IMG/VR virus record: IMGVR_UViG_2541047942_000002
Reading direction: 5' to 3' (one strand)
Length of the DNA stretch: 39,163 bases
Origin: a virus
Taxonomy: Duplodnaviria; Heunggongvirae; Uroviricota; Caudoviricetes
The position numbers and the translations under genes were made by a program. Shown here one piece after another: positions 9,996 to 24,505 of the stretch. The stretch's first letter is position 1. Every line of letters begins with the position of its first letter. The notes beneath the pieces are model-generated. The model had not been told where the DNA came from. It ran no database searches and saw nothing but the letters and a program-made list of their open reading frames with translations.

Positions 9996-11021
9996 TTACG
10001 CCAGTTGAACGGACACGAACTCATCAGGATCAGCCAGCAGCATCAGCGGTGCTGACTGAATCATGGTGAACTCTCGCGCCGGATCGCCGGATGTCTTCCA
10101 GTTTTTCGGATAACGGGGAGACGCATTAATACCCTCACTCAATGCATCCGCATCCTGAATACAGCCATAGGTGCGCAGACCGCGTGCATGAGTGTTACCC
10201 AGCACCATCGTGTCGTCCGGCAGGAAGTTCTTTTTGACGCCGTTTTCCACGTACTGTCCGGAATACACGACGATGGCCACATCGCCATACATCCCCTTAT
10301 AGGACACCGCTTTACCCAGGTCTTTCACCGCTGTCTCCAGCTCGGAATGAGAGCCGCGACGGGTATCCAGCTTCTCCTTGACGGCTTTGAAGGAACGGAA
10401 CAGCGCCCAGCCTTTCGGATCAAACACGATGATATTCACCACGCCGCTGGCGTTCAGCGCGTAGGCTTCGATATCGTCGGTCGGGTCATACGTGGACTTG
10501 TCACGCTTGCTCCACTCCGTGCCGCCGGACTGCGTGATGTTGTTCGCCGCACTGCGGCCCATATCCACCTCAACCGGATCGAAGGCTTCACCGGTCATGG
10601 TGTATTTGCCCTTGAGCACGGCAGAAACTGCCTGCATCTCTTCGACCTGAGCAATGGCCAGCTCTTCGTCACGCATGTTCTGCAGGATGATGCGACGGCG
10701 GCGGTAAGCCGGGTCCGCCAGATTCTGCGGATCTTCATCCGGCAGGCGACGCAGGGTCATCTGCGGATTCACTTCATGCTTGGGTTTGACATATCCCGGC
10801 GTAAATTCAGAGGTGGAGCCGCCACGGGAACGGATAACCTCACCGGAAACAATCGGCGAAACGTACAGCGCCATGTTTACCAGTCCCGGAATTTGTGAGA
10901 GATAGACTTTCTCCGTAGTGAAGGGATAGCTCTCACGGAAAAAGAGACGCAGAAACAGCGGATCAAACTTAAATTTCTGCTCATTTGCCGCCAGCAGCTG
11001 GGCGGTTGTGTACATCGACAT
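9996..11021 (-). CDS. E: major capsid protein E
   Basis: ORF trimmed to ATG at 11019-11021 (MSMYTTAQLLAANEQKFKFDPLFLRLFFRESYPF...), lambda gpE-like, 341 aa. Confidence 0.9.
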   Translation of the reverse strand: MSMYTTAQLLAANEQKFKFDPLFLRLFFRESYPFTTEKVYLSQIPGLVNMALYVSPIVSGEVIRSRGGSTSEFTPGYVKPKHEVNPQMTLRRLPDEDPQNLADPAYRRRRIILQNMRDEELAIAQVEEMQAVSAVLKGKYTMTGEAFDPVEVDMGRSAANNITQSGGTEWSKRDKSTYDPTDDIEAYALNASGVVNIIVFDPKGWALFRSFKAVKEKLDTRRGSHSELETAVKDLGKAVSYKGMYGDVAIVVYSGQYVENGVKKNFLPDDTMVLGNTHARGLRTYGCIQDADALSEGINASPRYPKNWKTSGDPAREFTMIQSAPLMLLADPDEFVSVQLA

Positions 11022-11076
11022 AAAAAAATCCCGTAAAAAAAGCCGCACAGGCGGCCTTTAGTGATGAAGGGTAAAG

Positions 11077-11409
11077 TTAAACGATGCTGATTGCCGTTCC
11101 GGCAAACGCGGTCCGTTTTTTCGTCTCGTCGCTGGCAGCCTCCGGCCAGAGCACATCCTCATAACGGAACGTGCCGGACTTGTAGAACGTCAGCGTGGTG
11201 CTGGTCTGGTCAGCATCAACCGCCAGAATGCCAACGGCAGCACCGTCGGTGGTGCCATCCCACGCAACCAGCTTACGGGTGGAGGTATCCAGCATCAGCG
11301 GGGTCATTGCAGGCGCTTTCGCACTCAATCCGCCGGGCGCGGTTGCCGTATGTGCCGGGTCACTGTTGCCCAGCGGCTGGTAATGGGTAAAGGTTTCTTT
11401 GCTCGTCAT
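11077..11409 (-). CDS. D: head decoration protein D
   Basis: ORF trimmed to [27 protein letters not shown]..., lambda gpD-like. Confidence 0.9.
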   Translation of the reverse strand: MTSKETFTHYQPLGNSDPAHTATAPGGLSAKAPAMTPLMLDTSTRKLVAWDGTTDGAAVGILAVDADQTSTTLTFYKSGTFRYEDVLWPEAASDETKKRTAFAGTAISIV

Positions 11410-11418
11410 AAACATCCC

Positions 11419-12718
11419 TTACACTGGTGTGTTCAGCAAATCGTTAACGGCATCAGATGCCGGGTTACCTGCAGCCAGCGGTGCCGGTGCCCCCTGCATC
11501 AGACGATCCAGCGCAGTGTCACTGCGCGCCTGTGCACTCTGTGGTGCAGCTGCCAGAATGCGGCGGGCCGTTTCCACGGTCATACCGGGGGTTTCGGCCA
11601 GCACGCGGGCCTGTTCTTCGCGTCCGTGAGCCTCCTCACAGTTGAGGATCCCCATAATGCGGCTGTTTTCTGCCGCAACCGCAGCGGTGATCTGCGCGTT
11701 CACGTCCGGCTGCGCCGCGCTGGCGTTTTCGCCCTCCGTCGCTGGCACCACGTCAGTAACGTCAGTCTGCGAAGCAGTGGCTGAAACAGTTGTTGATTGA
11801 GTCTCTTTGGTCATTCGCCCTCCTGAGAGACGGGATTTACGCGCATCCAGTGCATCACGCATGACGGTGATCGCATCGGTGCTGTTAACAAGTTCATCAG
11901 CCAGTCCGGCATCAATGGCCTCCTGACCGCTGTACACTGCAGCCTCGGTATCCAGCACAGCCTGCACAGACAGGCCGGTATATGCCGACACCTTCTGTGC
12001 AAACATCTGGCGGGTTGCGTCCATCCGGGACTGCAGTGTCTCCCGGACGTCATCCGGAAGATGGCTGTAGGGATTGCCATCCACCTTATGGCTGCCGCTG
12101 TAAATCAGCGTGATTTCCACACCCTGTTTCTCCAGGGCAGCACCGTAATTACTGTGAGCCATCATGACGCCGATGGAGCCTGTCCGGGCGGTCTGCGTGA
12201 CCAGACGCCGGGAGGCGGCACTGGCAAGCAGCTGACCTGCACTGCAGTTCATGTCGTTGGCCAGCGCCCATACCGGTTTTATGTCACGCACACGGGCGAT
12301 GATGTCAGCGCAGTCAAATGCCCCCGCCACCATTCCGCCTGGCGTGTCCATATCGAGCAGAATGCCGTCCACCATCGGGTCGCTGGCAGCCTGTTGCAGA
12401 CGGGCGATAATGCCGTTGTAACCGGTCATCCCCGAGTACGGCTGCAGCGCCCGCGTCCGGCTGACCAGCGTGCCGGACACCGGCAGCACGGCGATGCCGT
12501 TCATGACCTGATAACTGCGGGCCTGTCGTGGTCCGTCATCATCACCGGATAATGCCAGCGTCGCGAGTGCCTCCTGGGCAGTCAGGCTGTCGCCGGACAC
12601 CGCATCCGTCAGGCGGCTGATCCCAAGCTGGCCTGCAAGCGCACAAAAGAAAACCCGCGCATAGGCGGGTTCAAGCATCAGCGGCTCATTAAAAGCCATA
12701 CTGGCAATATGCGGGAGA

Positions 12719-12738
<20 letters not shown>
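11419..12738 (-). CDS. C: capsid assembly protease C (ClpP-like S49 family); scaffold Nu3 is expected to be nested in-frame in its 3' part
   Basis: Long ORF; lambda gpC-like sequence begins at VTAELRNLPHIASMAFNEPLMLEPAYARVFF..., implying a GTG start at ~12736-12738 preceded by AGGAGG with a 6-nt spacer; overlaps B 3' end. Confidence 0.8.
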
Positions 12739-16419
<3,681 letters not shown>

Positions 16420-16445
<26 letters not shown>

Positions 16446-16965
16446 TCAGCAACCCCGGTATCAGTTCATCCAGCGCGGCTGCTTTGTTCATGGCTTTGAT
16501 GATATCCCGTTTCAGGAAATCAACATGTCGGTTTTCCAGTTCCGGAAAACGCCGCTGCACCGACAGGGGGATCCCGTCGAGAATACTGGCAATTTCACCT
16601 GCGATCCGCGACAGCACGAAAGTACAGAATGCGGTTTCCACCACTTCAGTGGAGTCTCTGGCATTTTTCAGCTCCTGTGCGTCGGCCTGCGCACGCGTAA
16701 GTCGATGGCGTTCGTACTCAATAGTCCCTGGCTGGAGATCTGTCTCGCTGGCCTGCCGCAGTTCTTCAACTTCCCGGCGCAGCTTTTCGTTCTCAATTTC
16801 AGCATCCCTTTCGGCATACCATCTTATAACGGCGGCAGAGTCATAAAGCACCTCATTACCCTTGCCACCGCCTCGCAGAACGGGCATTCCCTGTTCCTGC
16901 CAGTTCTGAATGGTACGGATACTCGCACCGAAAATGTCAGCCAGCTGCTTTTTGTTGACTTCCAT
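16420..16965 (-). CDS. Nu1: terminase small subunit Nu1
   Basis: 181-aa ORF (MEVNKKQLADIFGASIRTIQNWQEQGMPVLRGGGKGNEVLYD...), lambda Nu1-like winged-helix N-terminus; immediately adjacent to cos. Confidence 0.95.
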
Positions 16966-17200
16966 TGTTCATTCCACGGCCAAAAACAGAGAAAGGAAAC
17001 GACAGAGGCCCAAAAGCTCGTTTTCAGCACCTGTCGTTTCCTTTCTTTTCAGGGGGTATTTTAAATAAAAACATTAAGTTACGACGAAGAAGAACGGAAA
17101 TGCCTTAAACCGGAAAATTTTCATAAATAGCGAAAACCCGCGAGGTCGCCGCCCCGTAACCTGTCGGATCGCCGGAAAGGACCCGCAAAATGATAATAAT
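16966..17200. other. cos: cos region: cosN 12-nt cohesive-end sequence AGGTCGCCGCCC (plus strand, ~17143-17154; reverse complement of lambda GGGCGGCGACCT) with cosB-like sequence toward Nu1 and lambda right-end-like sequence on the other side
   Basis: Direct read of 17143-17154; flanking CGTAACCTGTCGGATCGCCGGAAAGGACCCG is the reverse complement of the lambda right-end sequence as I recall it. Confidence 0.85.
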
Positions 17201-17353
17201 TATCATCTACATGTCACAACGTGCATCTACGCCATCAAACCACGTCAAATAATCAATTATGACGCAGGTATCGTATTAATTGATCTGCATCAACTTAACG
17301 TAAAAACAACTTCAGACAATACAAATCAGCGACACTGAATACAGGGCAACCTC

Positions 17354-17548
17354 ATGTCAACGAAGAACAGAACCCGCAGAACAACAACCCGCAACATCCG
17401 CTTTCCTAACCAAATGATTGAACAAATTAACATCGCTCTTGATCAAAAAGGGTCCGGGAATTTCTCAGCCTGGGTCATTGAAGCCTGCCGCCGGAGACTA
17501 ACGTCAGAAAAGAGAGCATATACATCAATCCAGAGTGATGATGGATGA
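17354..17548 (+). CDS. hypothetical small basic protein (possible ribbon-helix-helix DNA-binding fold)
   Basis: 64-aa ATG-initiated ORF between cos and IS3; weak RBS; no recognised homolog. Confidence 0.3.
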   Translation: MSTKNRTRRTTTRNIRFPNQMIEQINIALDQKGSGNFSAWVIEACRRRLTSEKRAYTSIQSDDG

Positions 17549-17808
17549 ACATCCCGGTTTCTTGACCTTCCCTCCCTCCCCGCACAGAACTGGCGAGCGT
17601 GAGGGACCAATATGTGAGCCATAAATGCCTTATCTTCAGAAATGTAGTTGGTATCCGAATAGAACGATATTGTAAATTCACCTAAATACGAGGCATTGCT
17701 GTAGTTGAATTGCAGTACTGTATTAGCCTGACAGTGACAGAATACGATATTGACTCTGTCACTTGTGAAATGGTCAGATGATCCTACCCACGTAATATGG
17801 ACACAGGC

Positions 17809-18675
17809 CTAAGCGAGGTTCTTGTTTTCAAATTGTTCCGGACTGAGGCCGCCACACCAACTGTGCCGCCGCCACCGATTGTAATCACATTCGATATAAT
17901 TAAACACCGTTGCCCGCATTATTTCCCGGCTGATAAAGTGTTCTCCATGGATACATTCCACTTTCAGCGAATGAAAGAAGCTTTCCACGCAGGCATTATC
18001 GTAGCAGCAACCTTTTGCGCTCATACTTCCACGCAGATTATGCCGCTTCAGTTGCGCCTGATAATCTGCTGAACAGTACTGGCCTCCACGGTCCGTGTGA
18101 ACGATAACGTTCCGGGGCCTCTTACGCCGCCACAGCGCCATCTGCAGGGCATCGCAGGCCAGTTGCGCCGTCATGCGTGGCGACATTGACCAGCCAATAA
18201 CGGCACGTGACCACAGGTCAATGACCACTGCCAGATACAGCCAGCCTTCATCTGTACGTAAGTACGTGATGTCTCCTGCCCACTTCTGGTTCGGGCCACT
18301 GGCGTAAAAATCCTGCTCCAACAGATTTTCTGACACAGGCAGGCCGTGTGCGCGGTAGCTGACCGGGCTGAACTTCCGGGAGGCCTTTGCCCTCAGTCCC
18401 TGACGGCGCAGGCTTGCCGCCACGGTTTTTACGTTAAAGGGGTAACCCTGAGCACGCAGTTCATCCGTCAGGCGTGGGGCACCGTAACGCTGTTTTGACC
18501 GGGTAAAAGCCGCGAGGACAACGCTGTCGCAGTGTTGGCGGAACTGCTGACGCGTGCTTATCCTTGTCCGCCGCTGACACCACGTATACCAGCCGCTGCG
18601 GGCCACCCGGAGCACGCGGCACATTGCTTTGATGCTGAACTCAGCCTGATGTTTTTCAATAAAGACATACTTCAT
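17809..18675 (-). CDS. insF: IS3 transposase OrfB (DDE integrase core; normally made as an OrfAB frameshift fusion)
   Basis: 288-aa ORF ([30 protein letters not shown]...) recognisable as IS3 InsF. Confidence 0.9.
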
Positions 18676-18971
18676 TTCAGGCGCTTCGCGAAGTATGTCG
18701 CGGCCTTTTGGAGGATAGCCAGCTCTTCATCCCGTTCTGCCAGCTGGCGTTTGAGACGTGCAATCTCGGTAGACATCTCCAGTTCACGTTCAGAAGACGT
18801 CTGCTGATTTTGCTGTTTACTGCGCCAGTTGTAGAGTTGTGATTCATACAGGCTGAGTTCACGGGCTGCGGCAGTAACACCGATGCGTTCAGCAAGCTTC
18901 AGGGCTTCACTGCGAAATTCAGGCGAATGCTGTTTACGGGGTTTTTTACTGGTTGATACTGTTTTTGTCAT
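18672..18971 (-). CDS. insE: IS3 transposase OrfA (HTH)
   Basis: ORF trimmed to ATG at 18969-18971 ([31 protein letters not shown]...), 99 aa. Confidence 0.9.
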
Positions 18972-19059
18972 GTGAGTCACCTCTGACTGAGAGTTTACTC
19001 ACTTAGCCGCGTGTCCACTATTGCTGGGTAAGATCAAGAATGGTTAGCAGTTATGGTGA

Positions 19060-19266
19060 TCAGTCAACCACCAGGGAATAATCCTTCGTATTCTTATCGT
19101 GCTTTACTAACGCGGCCTCAATTGCCCTGAATGCTTCCAGAGATACTTGATGTTCTATACATGCAATTACAACATCCGGGTAACCCATCGAAATGGTGCT
19201 ATTAAGCATAGTTTTTACACGAACCTGCTCCTGGGAGGGGGCATCAATGTATTGATCTTTATGCAT
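19060..19266 (-). CDS. hypothetical protein (68 aa)
   Basis: ORF-track ORF ending 24 bp from the IS3 end; no recognised homolog. Confidence 0.35.
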   Translation of the reverse strand: MHKDQYIDAPSQEQVRVKTMLNSTISMGYPDVVIACIEHQVSLEAFRAIEAALVKHDKNTKDYSLVVD

Positions 19267-19561
19267 TTTGTCGCTCCATTCGTTTGCTCTTCACTTGCGG
19301 CTAAAAATATAACGTCAAATCACTCAGCATGAAAGAGTGAAAGTTTCAGCGCGTTTCCCTTACATAATCTGTCGTTTGTATTCTCTTCAGGCATACCGGA
19401 AAGACTAGGTATTGTCACACAACCAATACCATCGACAATCGAGATTTATATCTATTCGGTAATGTTTAAATATAACAAAACCCCGTAAAAACGAGGTTTA
19501 TGGGTAATTTGTATTGTTGAATAGCATCTGATGAGAAATTGATGCTAATACTATAAACATA

Positions 19562-19735
19562 CTAGATTAAATCAATCTTGATATCATAGCTTTCAAGACC
19601 AGTCATTTTTTCCCGTGCAGTAAACTGGATACTGGTAACTTCTTTCCCGGTCTTTTTCTTAAGCTCAATGATTTTTTTTGTTATATATTCAGAAATATCT
19701 GCTTCTGTTTTTGTTTTTAACTCTTCAATGTTCAT
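19562..19735 (-). CDS. gnsB: GnsA/GnsB-family small protein
   Basis: 57-aa product from the second of two adjacent ATGs (MNIEELKTKTEADISEYITKKIIELKKKTGKEVTSIQFTAREKMTGLESYDIKIDLI) resembling GnsB; GAGG RBS upstream. Confidence 0.7.
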   Translation of the reverse strand: MNIEELKTKTEADISEYITKKIIELKKKTGKEVTSIQFTAREKMTGLESYDIKIDLI

Positions 19736-19907
19736 CATTTCCTCTTTTAGTCTGTTATGACTTTCTTGGTACACAGTAGTGTCAATTATATGGAGCAAAC
19801 GTATAAAAGATAAGATGAAACATCGCAATAATCAACATACGACGGTCTAAATTTCACACAAACAGATAAAGATGATTATCATTTATTATCAATGCATTAG
19901 AATCAAA

Positions 19908-20138
19908 TCAATTCAAGAGTCTCATTGCTGCTTCCAGAATTTCTTCTGAAGTTACATGTCGATCCGCTGCTACATAAATGACTTTATGATCTCCGGTCAG
20001 AGATGGAAACCCTGCAGCCATTACAGTGAGGTGTGTTGTTTCGCCATTTGGGTATTCACGCATGATGGTGTTAACTCCGGTCATCACTGGCACTACCATT
20101 GCTGGTTCAGAGTTAAAAAAAACTATTATTTTTTTCAT
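19908..20138 (-). CDS. hypothetical protein (76 aa)
   Basis: ORF-track ORF between gnsB and cspI; no recognised homolog. Confidence 0.35.
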   Translation of the reverse strand: MKKIIVFFNSEPAMVVPVMTGVNTIMREYPNGETTHLTVMAAGFPSLTGDHKVIYVAADRHVTSEEILEAAMRLLN

Positions 20139-20408
20139 ATGTTACCGTAATATGTGAGTATCCATCGACTAGACACTAAGCAAAAAAGCTCCCGAAGGAG
20201 CCTTCATTTTCACTTTCTTAAATCTAACGACAGATGGCTAACATTTAAGTATTGTGAAATATTATCAAATGTAATCATCATTGATTTACAAAAGATACAT
20301 TTTGCCCCGAAAGGATTTCTGTCAGAAACATCAAAAGATGATGTTCTATACTGAGAACCATGGCAACACGGGCATCTAAAGTGAATATGGTTTGTAATAT
20401 TTTCTACC

Positions 20409-20621
20409 TCAAAGTGCCACTACATGAACAGCTGCAGGGCCTTTAGGTCCGTTCTCAATACCAAATTCGACTTCCTGATTCTCAGTTAACGTTTTGAAAT
20501 CGTTGCTCTGAATAGCTGAGAAATGCACAAACACATCTTTGCTACCATCTTTCGGCGTGATGAAACCAAAACCTTTTTCAGGGTTAAACCATTTCACTAA
20601 ACCAGTCATTTTGTTAGACAT
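20409..20621 (-). CDS. cspI: cold-shock protein, CspA family
   Basis: 70-aa [45 protein letters not shown]... with RNP1/RNP2 motifs; long AT-rich upstream leader typical of csp genes. Confidence 0.85.
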   Translation of the reverse strand: MSNKMTGLVKWFNPEKGFGFITPKDGSKDVFVHFSAIQSNDFKTLTENQEVEFGIENGPKGPAAVHVVAL

Positions 20622-20984
20622 TATTATTACCTTTTGAAGAAGTTAGCCCTTGGGCAGAATGGTCCGAAAAAAAATATCAGAGAGAAAAACCAACAAGGAA
20701 ATCTCAAGAGGTACAAATAATAAAATTATAACAATGACTGCTTCAGATAATTTTGTAACAAACCAGAACACCATTAACGCATGATTAACCAACCATAGCA
20801 AGGATTACTTTTGTAAAGAAAAACACACGAATGAAACAATAGCTTTATTTATTAATAAAACGTGTCATTCTGTCTAATGACCTTTTATCTTACCCTTAAG
20901 ATTTCAAGGATTTTGACTCATGGAAGAGTCCTTTTTATTTAAATTTCACATTCAGCGCTAAAAATAATCCGATTTAATATTAAT

Positions 20985-22012
<1,028 letters not shown>

Positions 22013-22067
22013 GGATATTTATCAGGATGCTACCAATGAAAGATACTGGAAAGCCAACTGCAAAAAG

Positions 22068-22382
22068 CTAACAACCCGTAATCGAGTTATCTGAACTGTT
22101 AATTTTTATGGTATACCGAGCCTCTGAACAGGGTCGCGTTTCTGGCAACAGCTCGTCCCCTTCACATAACCCGGCAGCAACATCCAGGAAGACCTGTCTG
22201 ATGCTCCTTCTGGCTGCTGCCTCATAAAACTCCAGCGCGGCACCTTCAACATGGTCCAGCGAGATGTCCAGGTCAAAAATTTCACCGTCAAAGCGTTCTT
22301 TGTCCTGTAAGGCTACAGTTACCGTAACTTTATTCTCAAAATTACGGACTCCTTTCACAACCAGTTCATAGTCTTGAGTCAT
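22068..22382 (-). CDS. ydfR: hypothetical protein located between holin and endolysin
   Basis: 104-aa ORF; symbol assigned from position (holin - this gene - endolysin, as I recall for Qin) and length, not from verified sequence identity. Confidence 0.5.
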   Translation of the reverse strand: MTQDYELVVKGVRNFENKVTVTVALQDKERFDGEIFDLDISLDHVEGAALEFYEAAARRSIRQVFLDVAAGLCEGDELLPETRPCSEARYTIKINSSDNSITGC

Positions 22383-22386
22383 TGGA

Positions 22387-22602
22387 TTACTCTCCTCTCG
22401 CAGCCTTACGCCTGTCTTCTTTAATCTTGAAATAAAGATTTGTCAGATACGTCAGCAGGCCAAAAACCAGGCTACCCAGCACACCGATTGCAGCCCACTG
22501 TGACGGAGTTACTTTATCGAGTAACTGCAATGCCCAGAAACCAGCATTACCCGCCGATGTGCCATAGGCAACACCTGTTGTTAACTTATCCATTGATTTC
22601 AT
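22387..22602 (-). CDS. essQ: class II holin (phage-21 S21-like pinholin), probable dual-start holin/antiholin
   Basis: 71-aa product [71 protein letters not shown] with two TM segments and charged C-terminus; two in-frame ATGs three codons apart; directly upstream of a SAR endolysin. Confidence 0.85.
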   Translation of the reverse strand: MKSMDKLTTGVAYGTSAGNAGFWALQLLDKVTPSQWAAIGVLGSLVFGLLTYLTNLYFKIKEDRRKAARGE

Positions 22603-22821
22603 ATCCTCACCCCGATGTACACGGATGGTGCAATATGTTTGAAAAGATCGGAGTCTACGGGGTAGTTTTGACAGCACACGTTGTTCTCAACGGCGCTAAA
22701 AAAACATACACATTAAAAATGTGGGTAATTATTTTGAAAGAAAGTCATATATAAAATAATAATACGAGAAATGTTTTCATATTTAGTGTACTGTATACGG
22801 CCATTTATACAGGAAAAGCCT

Positions 22822-22992
22822 ATGTCAGAACGTAAAAACTCAAAATCACGCCGTAATTATCTCGTTAAATGTTCCTGCCCAAACTGCACCCAAGAGTCAG
22901 AACACAGTTTTTCAAGAGTACAAAAAGGTGCCCTTTTGATCTGCCCTCATTGCAACAAAGTATTCCAGACAAATCTTAAAGCTGTAGCCTGA
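22822..22992 (+). CDS. hypothetical small zinc-ribbon protein (CxxC...CxxC)
   Basis: 56-aa product MSERKNSKSRRNYLVKCSCPNCTQESEHSFSRVQKGALLICPHCNKVF... from an internal ATG preceded by AGGAAAAG; opposite strand to the late operon. Confidence 0.4.
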   Translation: MSERKNSKSRRNYLVKCSCPNCTQESEHSFSRVQKGALLICPHCNKVFQTNLKAVA

Positions 22993-23045
22993 TTGATTTT
23001 ATTAGTAACAAGTATTTTTTATATTTTAATAATATATTTAAAGCA

Positions 23046-23073
23046 GATAATAAAAAACCCGCCTGAGCGGGTT
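23046..23073 (-). terminator. putative intrinsic terminator (hairpin AACCCGC-CTGA-GCGGGTT with U-tract on the minus strand; possibly bidirectional)
   Basis: Perfect 7-bp GC-rich stem read from the sequence, followed on the minus strand by TTTTTTATTAT. Confidence 0.5.
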
Positions 23074-23355
23074 TGAGATTGTGGTGCTTTTTGTGGGAGT
23101 CATCCACTTACGCACTTTGTTTTGCCATGCCAGCAGTTAGCTTCTGCTGTAAAACTATTCATGCAGCAAACCTGCACTTCACCACAATGGTTAGCATACT
23201 TTTCCTGATTAAGATTTTGCCAAATATGCTAGCCATTGTTTCATGTATTGGACCTCCTTACTTTTTATTAAAGAGATCCAATATTCACTACTCTGTCCGT
23301 ATCTCTACTCAGGCATCAGCCTTCTTCGTTATCGTATACAGACGAGCGATGAATT

Positions 23356-23571
23356 TTAATCAGTAATGATGACATTTGCTGCTGCAGGACCTTTAGCACC
23401 ACTCTCTATAGAGAAGGTAACCTTTTGACCTTCAAATAAGGTTCGATAATTATCATTCTGAATCGCAGAAAAATGCACAAACACATCTTTACTACCATCA
23501 ACAGGAGAAATAAAGCCGAAACCTTTATCAGCGTTAAACCATTTTACTAAACCAGTCATTTTATTTGACAT
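23356..23571 (-). CDS. cspB: cold-shock protein, CspA family
   Basis: 71-aa [56 protein letters not shown]...; divergent from cspF as in Qin. Confidence 0.85.
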   Translation of the reverse strand: MSNKMTGLVKWFNADKGFGFISPVDGSKDVFVHFSAIQNDNYRTLFEGQKVTFSIESGAKGPAAANVIITD

Positions 23572-23871
23572 TCTACATTCCTTAACTTGAGCCTTTCGGC
23601 ATAAATGGTTTGCATAACAGAAACGACTTCGTACTTAATTGGAGAGACTCAAAGAAGGAATAAGTGAATAACACCTGAAATGAGAACTGCTTTAGTAAAC
23701 TACTTCGTATATCGTCTGTTCTTCAAACCGACGCAATCATTAACGCATAGTTGAACATATGAAGCAATGTTTATTTTAGACATCCAGCCGTCTTCAACCC
23801 CATCAAAAAACTATAGCTTTCTTCAGGAACGTGTGTATAGTGCGCCAAGTTATCAGTATTAAGGAATTTTT

Positions 23872-24084
23872 TTGTCCCGTAAAATGACAGGAATTGTCAA
23901 AACCTTTGACGGCAAAAGCGGCAAGGGTCTTATCACCCCATCCGATGGTCGTATCGATGTCCAGCTTCATGTTTCAGCGCTCAATCTCCGCGATGCAGAA
24001 GAAATTACCACCGGATTACGCGTGGAATTTTGCCGGATAAATGGTCTGCGTGGCCCTTCAGCTGCCAATGTTTACCTTTCATGA
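23872..24084 (+). CDS. cspF: cold-shock-like protein (divergent CspA-family paralog)
   Basis: 70-aa [47 protein letters not shown]... Confidence 0.85.
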
Positions 24085-24376
24085 GCTATATTAAAGCTTT
24101 AATTTCAGGCCCCATCGGATCACACATGGAGAGTTTTTATGAATAACCCCGTCTGTCTTGATGACTGGTTGATTGGCTTTAAAAGCTTATGCTGTACTTT
24201 GGCCGTAATAGCTCTGCTAATAATATAATAAGCAGACTCATTGTGTTTAGGGACATTGTACTGGAAGAAAACATTTTAAACATCAGGCAAATAACCAAGT
24301 CACCAGCTAAATAATAAGTTAACAGACATGAGTCCCGGGATGAGATTCAACATTACCATTGCCCCATTTAAAGCAC

Positions 24377-24400
24377 AAAACCCGCTCATCAGCGGGTTTT
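24377..24400 (-). terminator. tR'-like hairpin downstream of the late promoter (AAAACCCGC-TCATCA-GCGGGTTTT); possibly bidirectional
   Basis: Perfect GC-rich stem ~50-60 nt downstream of the predicted pR' start; on the plus strand it is followed by CTACTTTTTCTT, on the minus strand by GUGCUUU. Confidence 0.6.
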
Positions 24401-24445
24401 CTACTTTTTCTTAACGTCGGGTATACAAAGCCCATCGTTGAAAAA

Positions 24446-24474
24446 ATTTTATCCATATTTTTTGAAAAATGCAA
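24446..24474 (-). promoter_or_regulatory. late promoter pR' candidate (minus strand -35 TTGCAT, 17-nt spacer, -10 TAAAAT) immediately downstream of Q
   Basis: Hexamers read directly as reverse complement of ATGCAA (24469-24474) and ATTTTA (24446-24451); position relative to Q and the tR' hairpin mirrors lambda pR'-qut-tR'. Confidence 0.65.
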
Positions 24475-24505
24475 ACATCATGTCGCCATCTTCAGCAAAA
24501 ATCAT

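Larger units (their letters stand above)
17779..19036 (-). mobile_element. IS3: IS3 insertion sequence, 1258 bp, with imperfect terminal inverted repeats (TGATCCTACCCACG... / ...GCTGGGTAAGATCA) and 3-bp target-site duplication AGA
   Basis: Ends read directly from the sequence; flanking AGA at 17776-17778 and 19037-19039; encodes InsE/InsF-like orfA and orfB. Confidence 0.9.

Noticed and set aside
10188-10898. 236-aa plus-strand ORF
   Set aside because: Antisense to major capsid gene E; no independent support.
12061-12552. 163-aa plus-strand ORF
   Set aside because: Antisense to head protease C; shadow ORF.
17160-17350. AT-rich region next to cos as a possible tRNA or sRNA
   Set aside because: No cloverleaf-compatible stems or terminator hairpin found; it corresponds to lambda right-end sequence.
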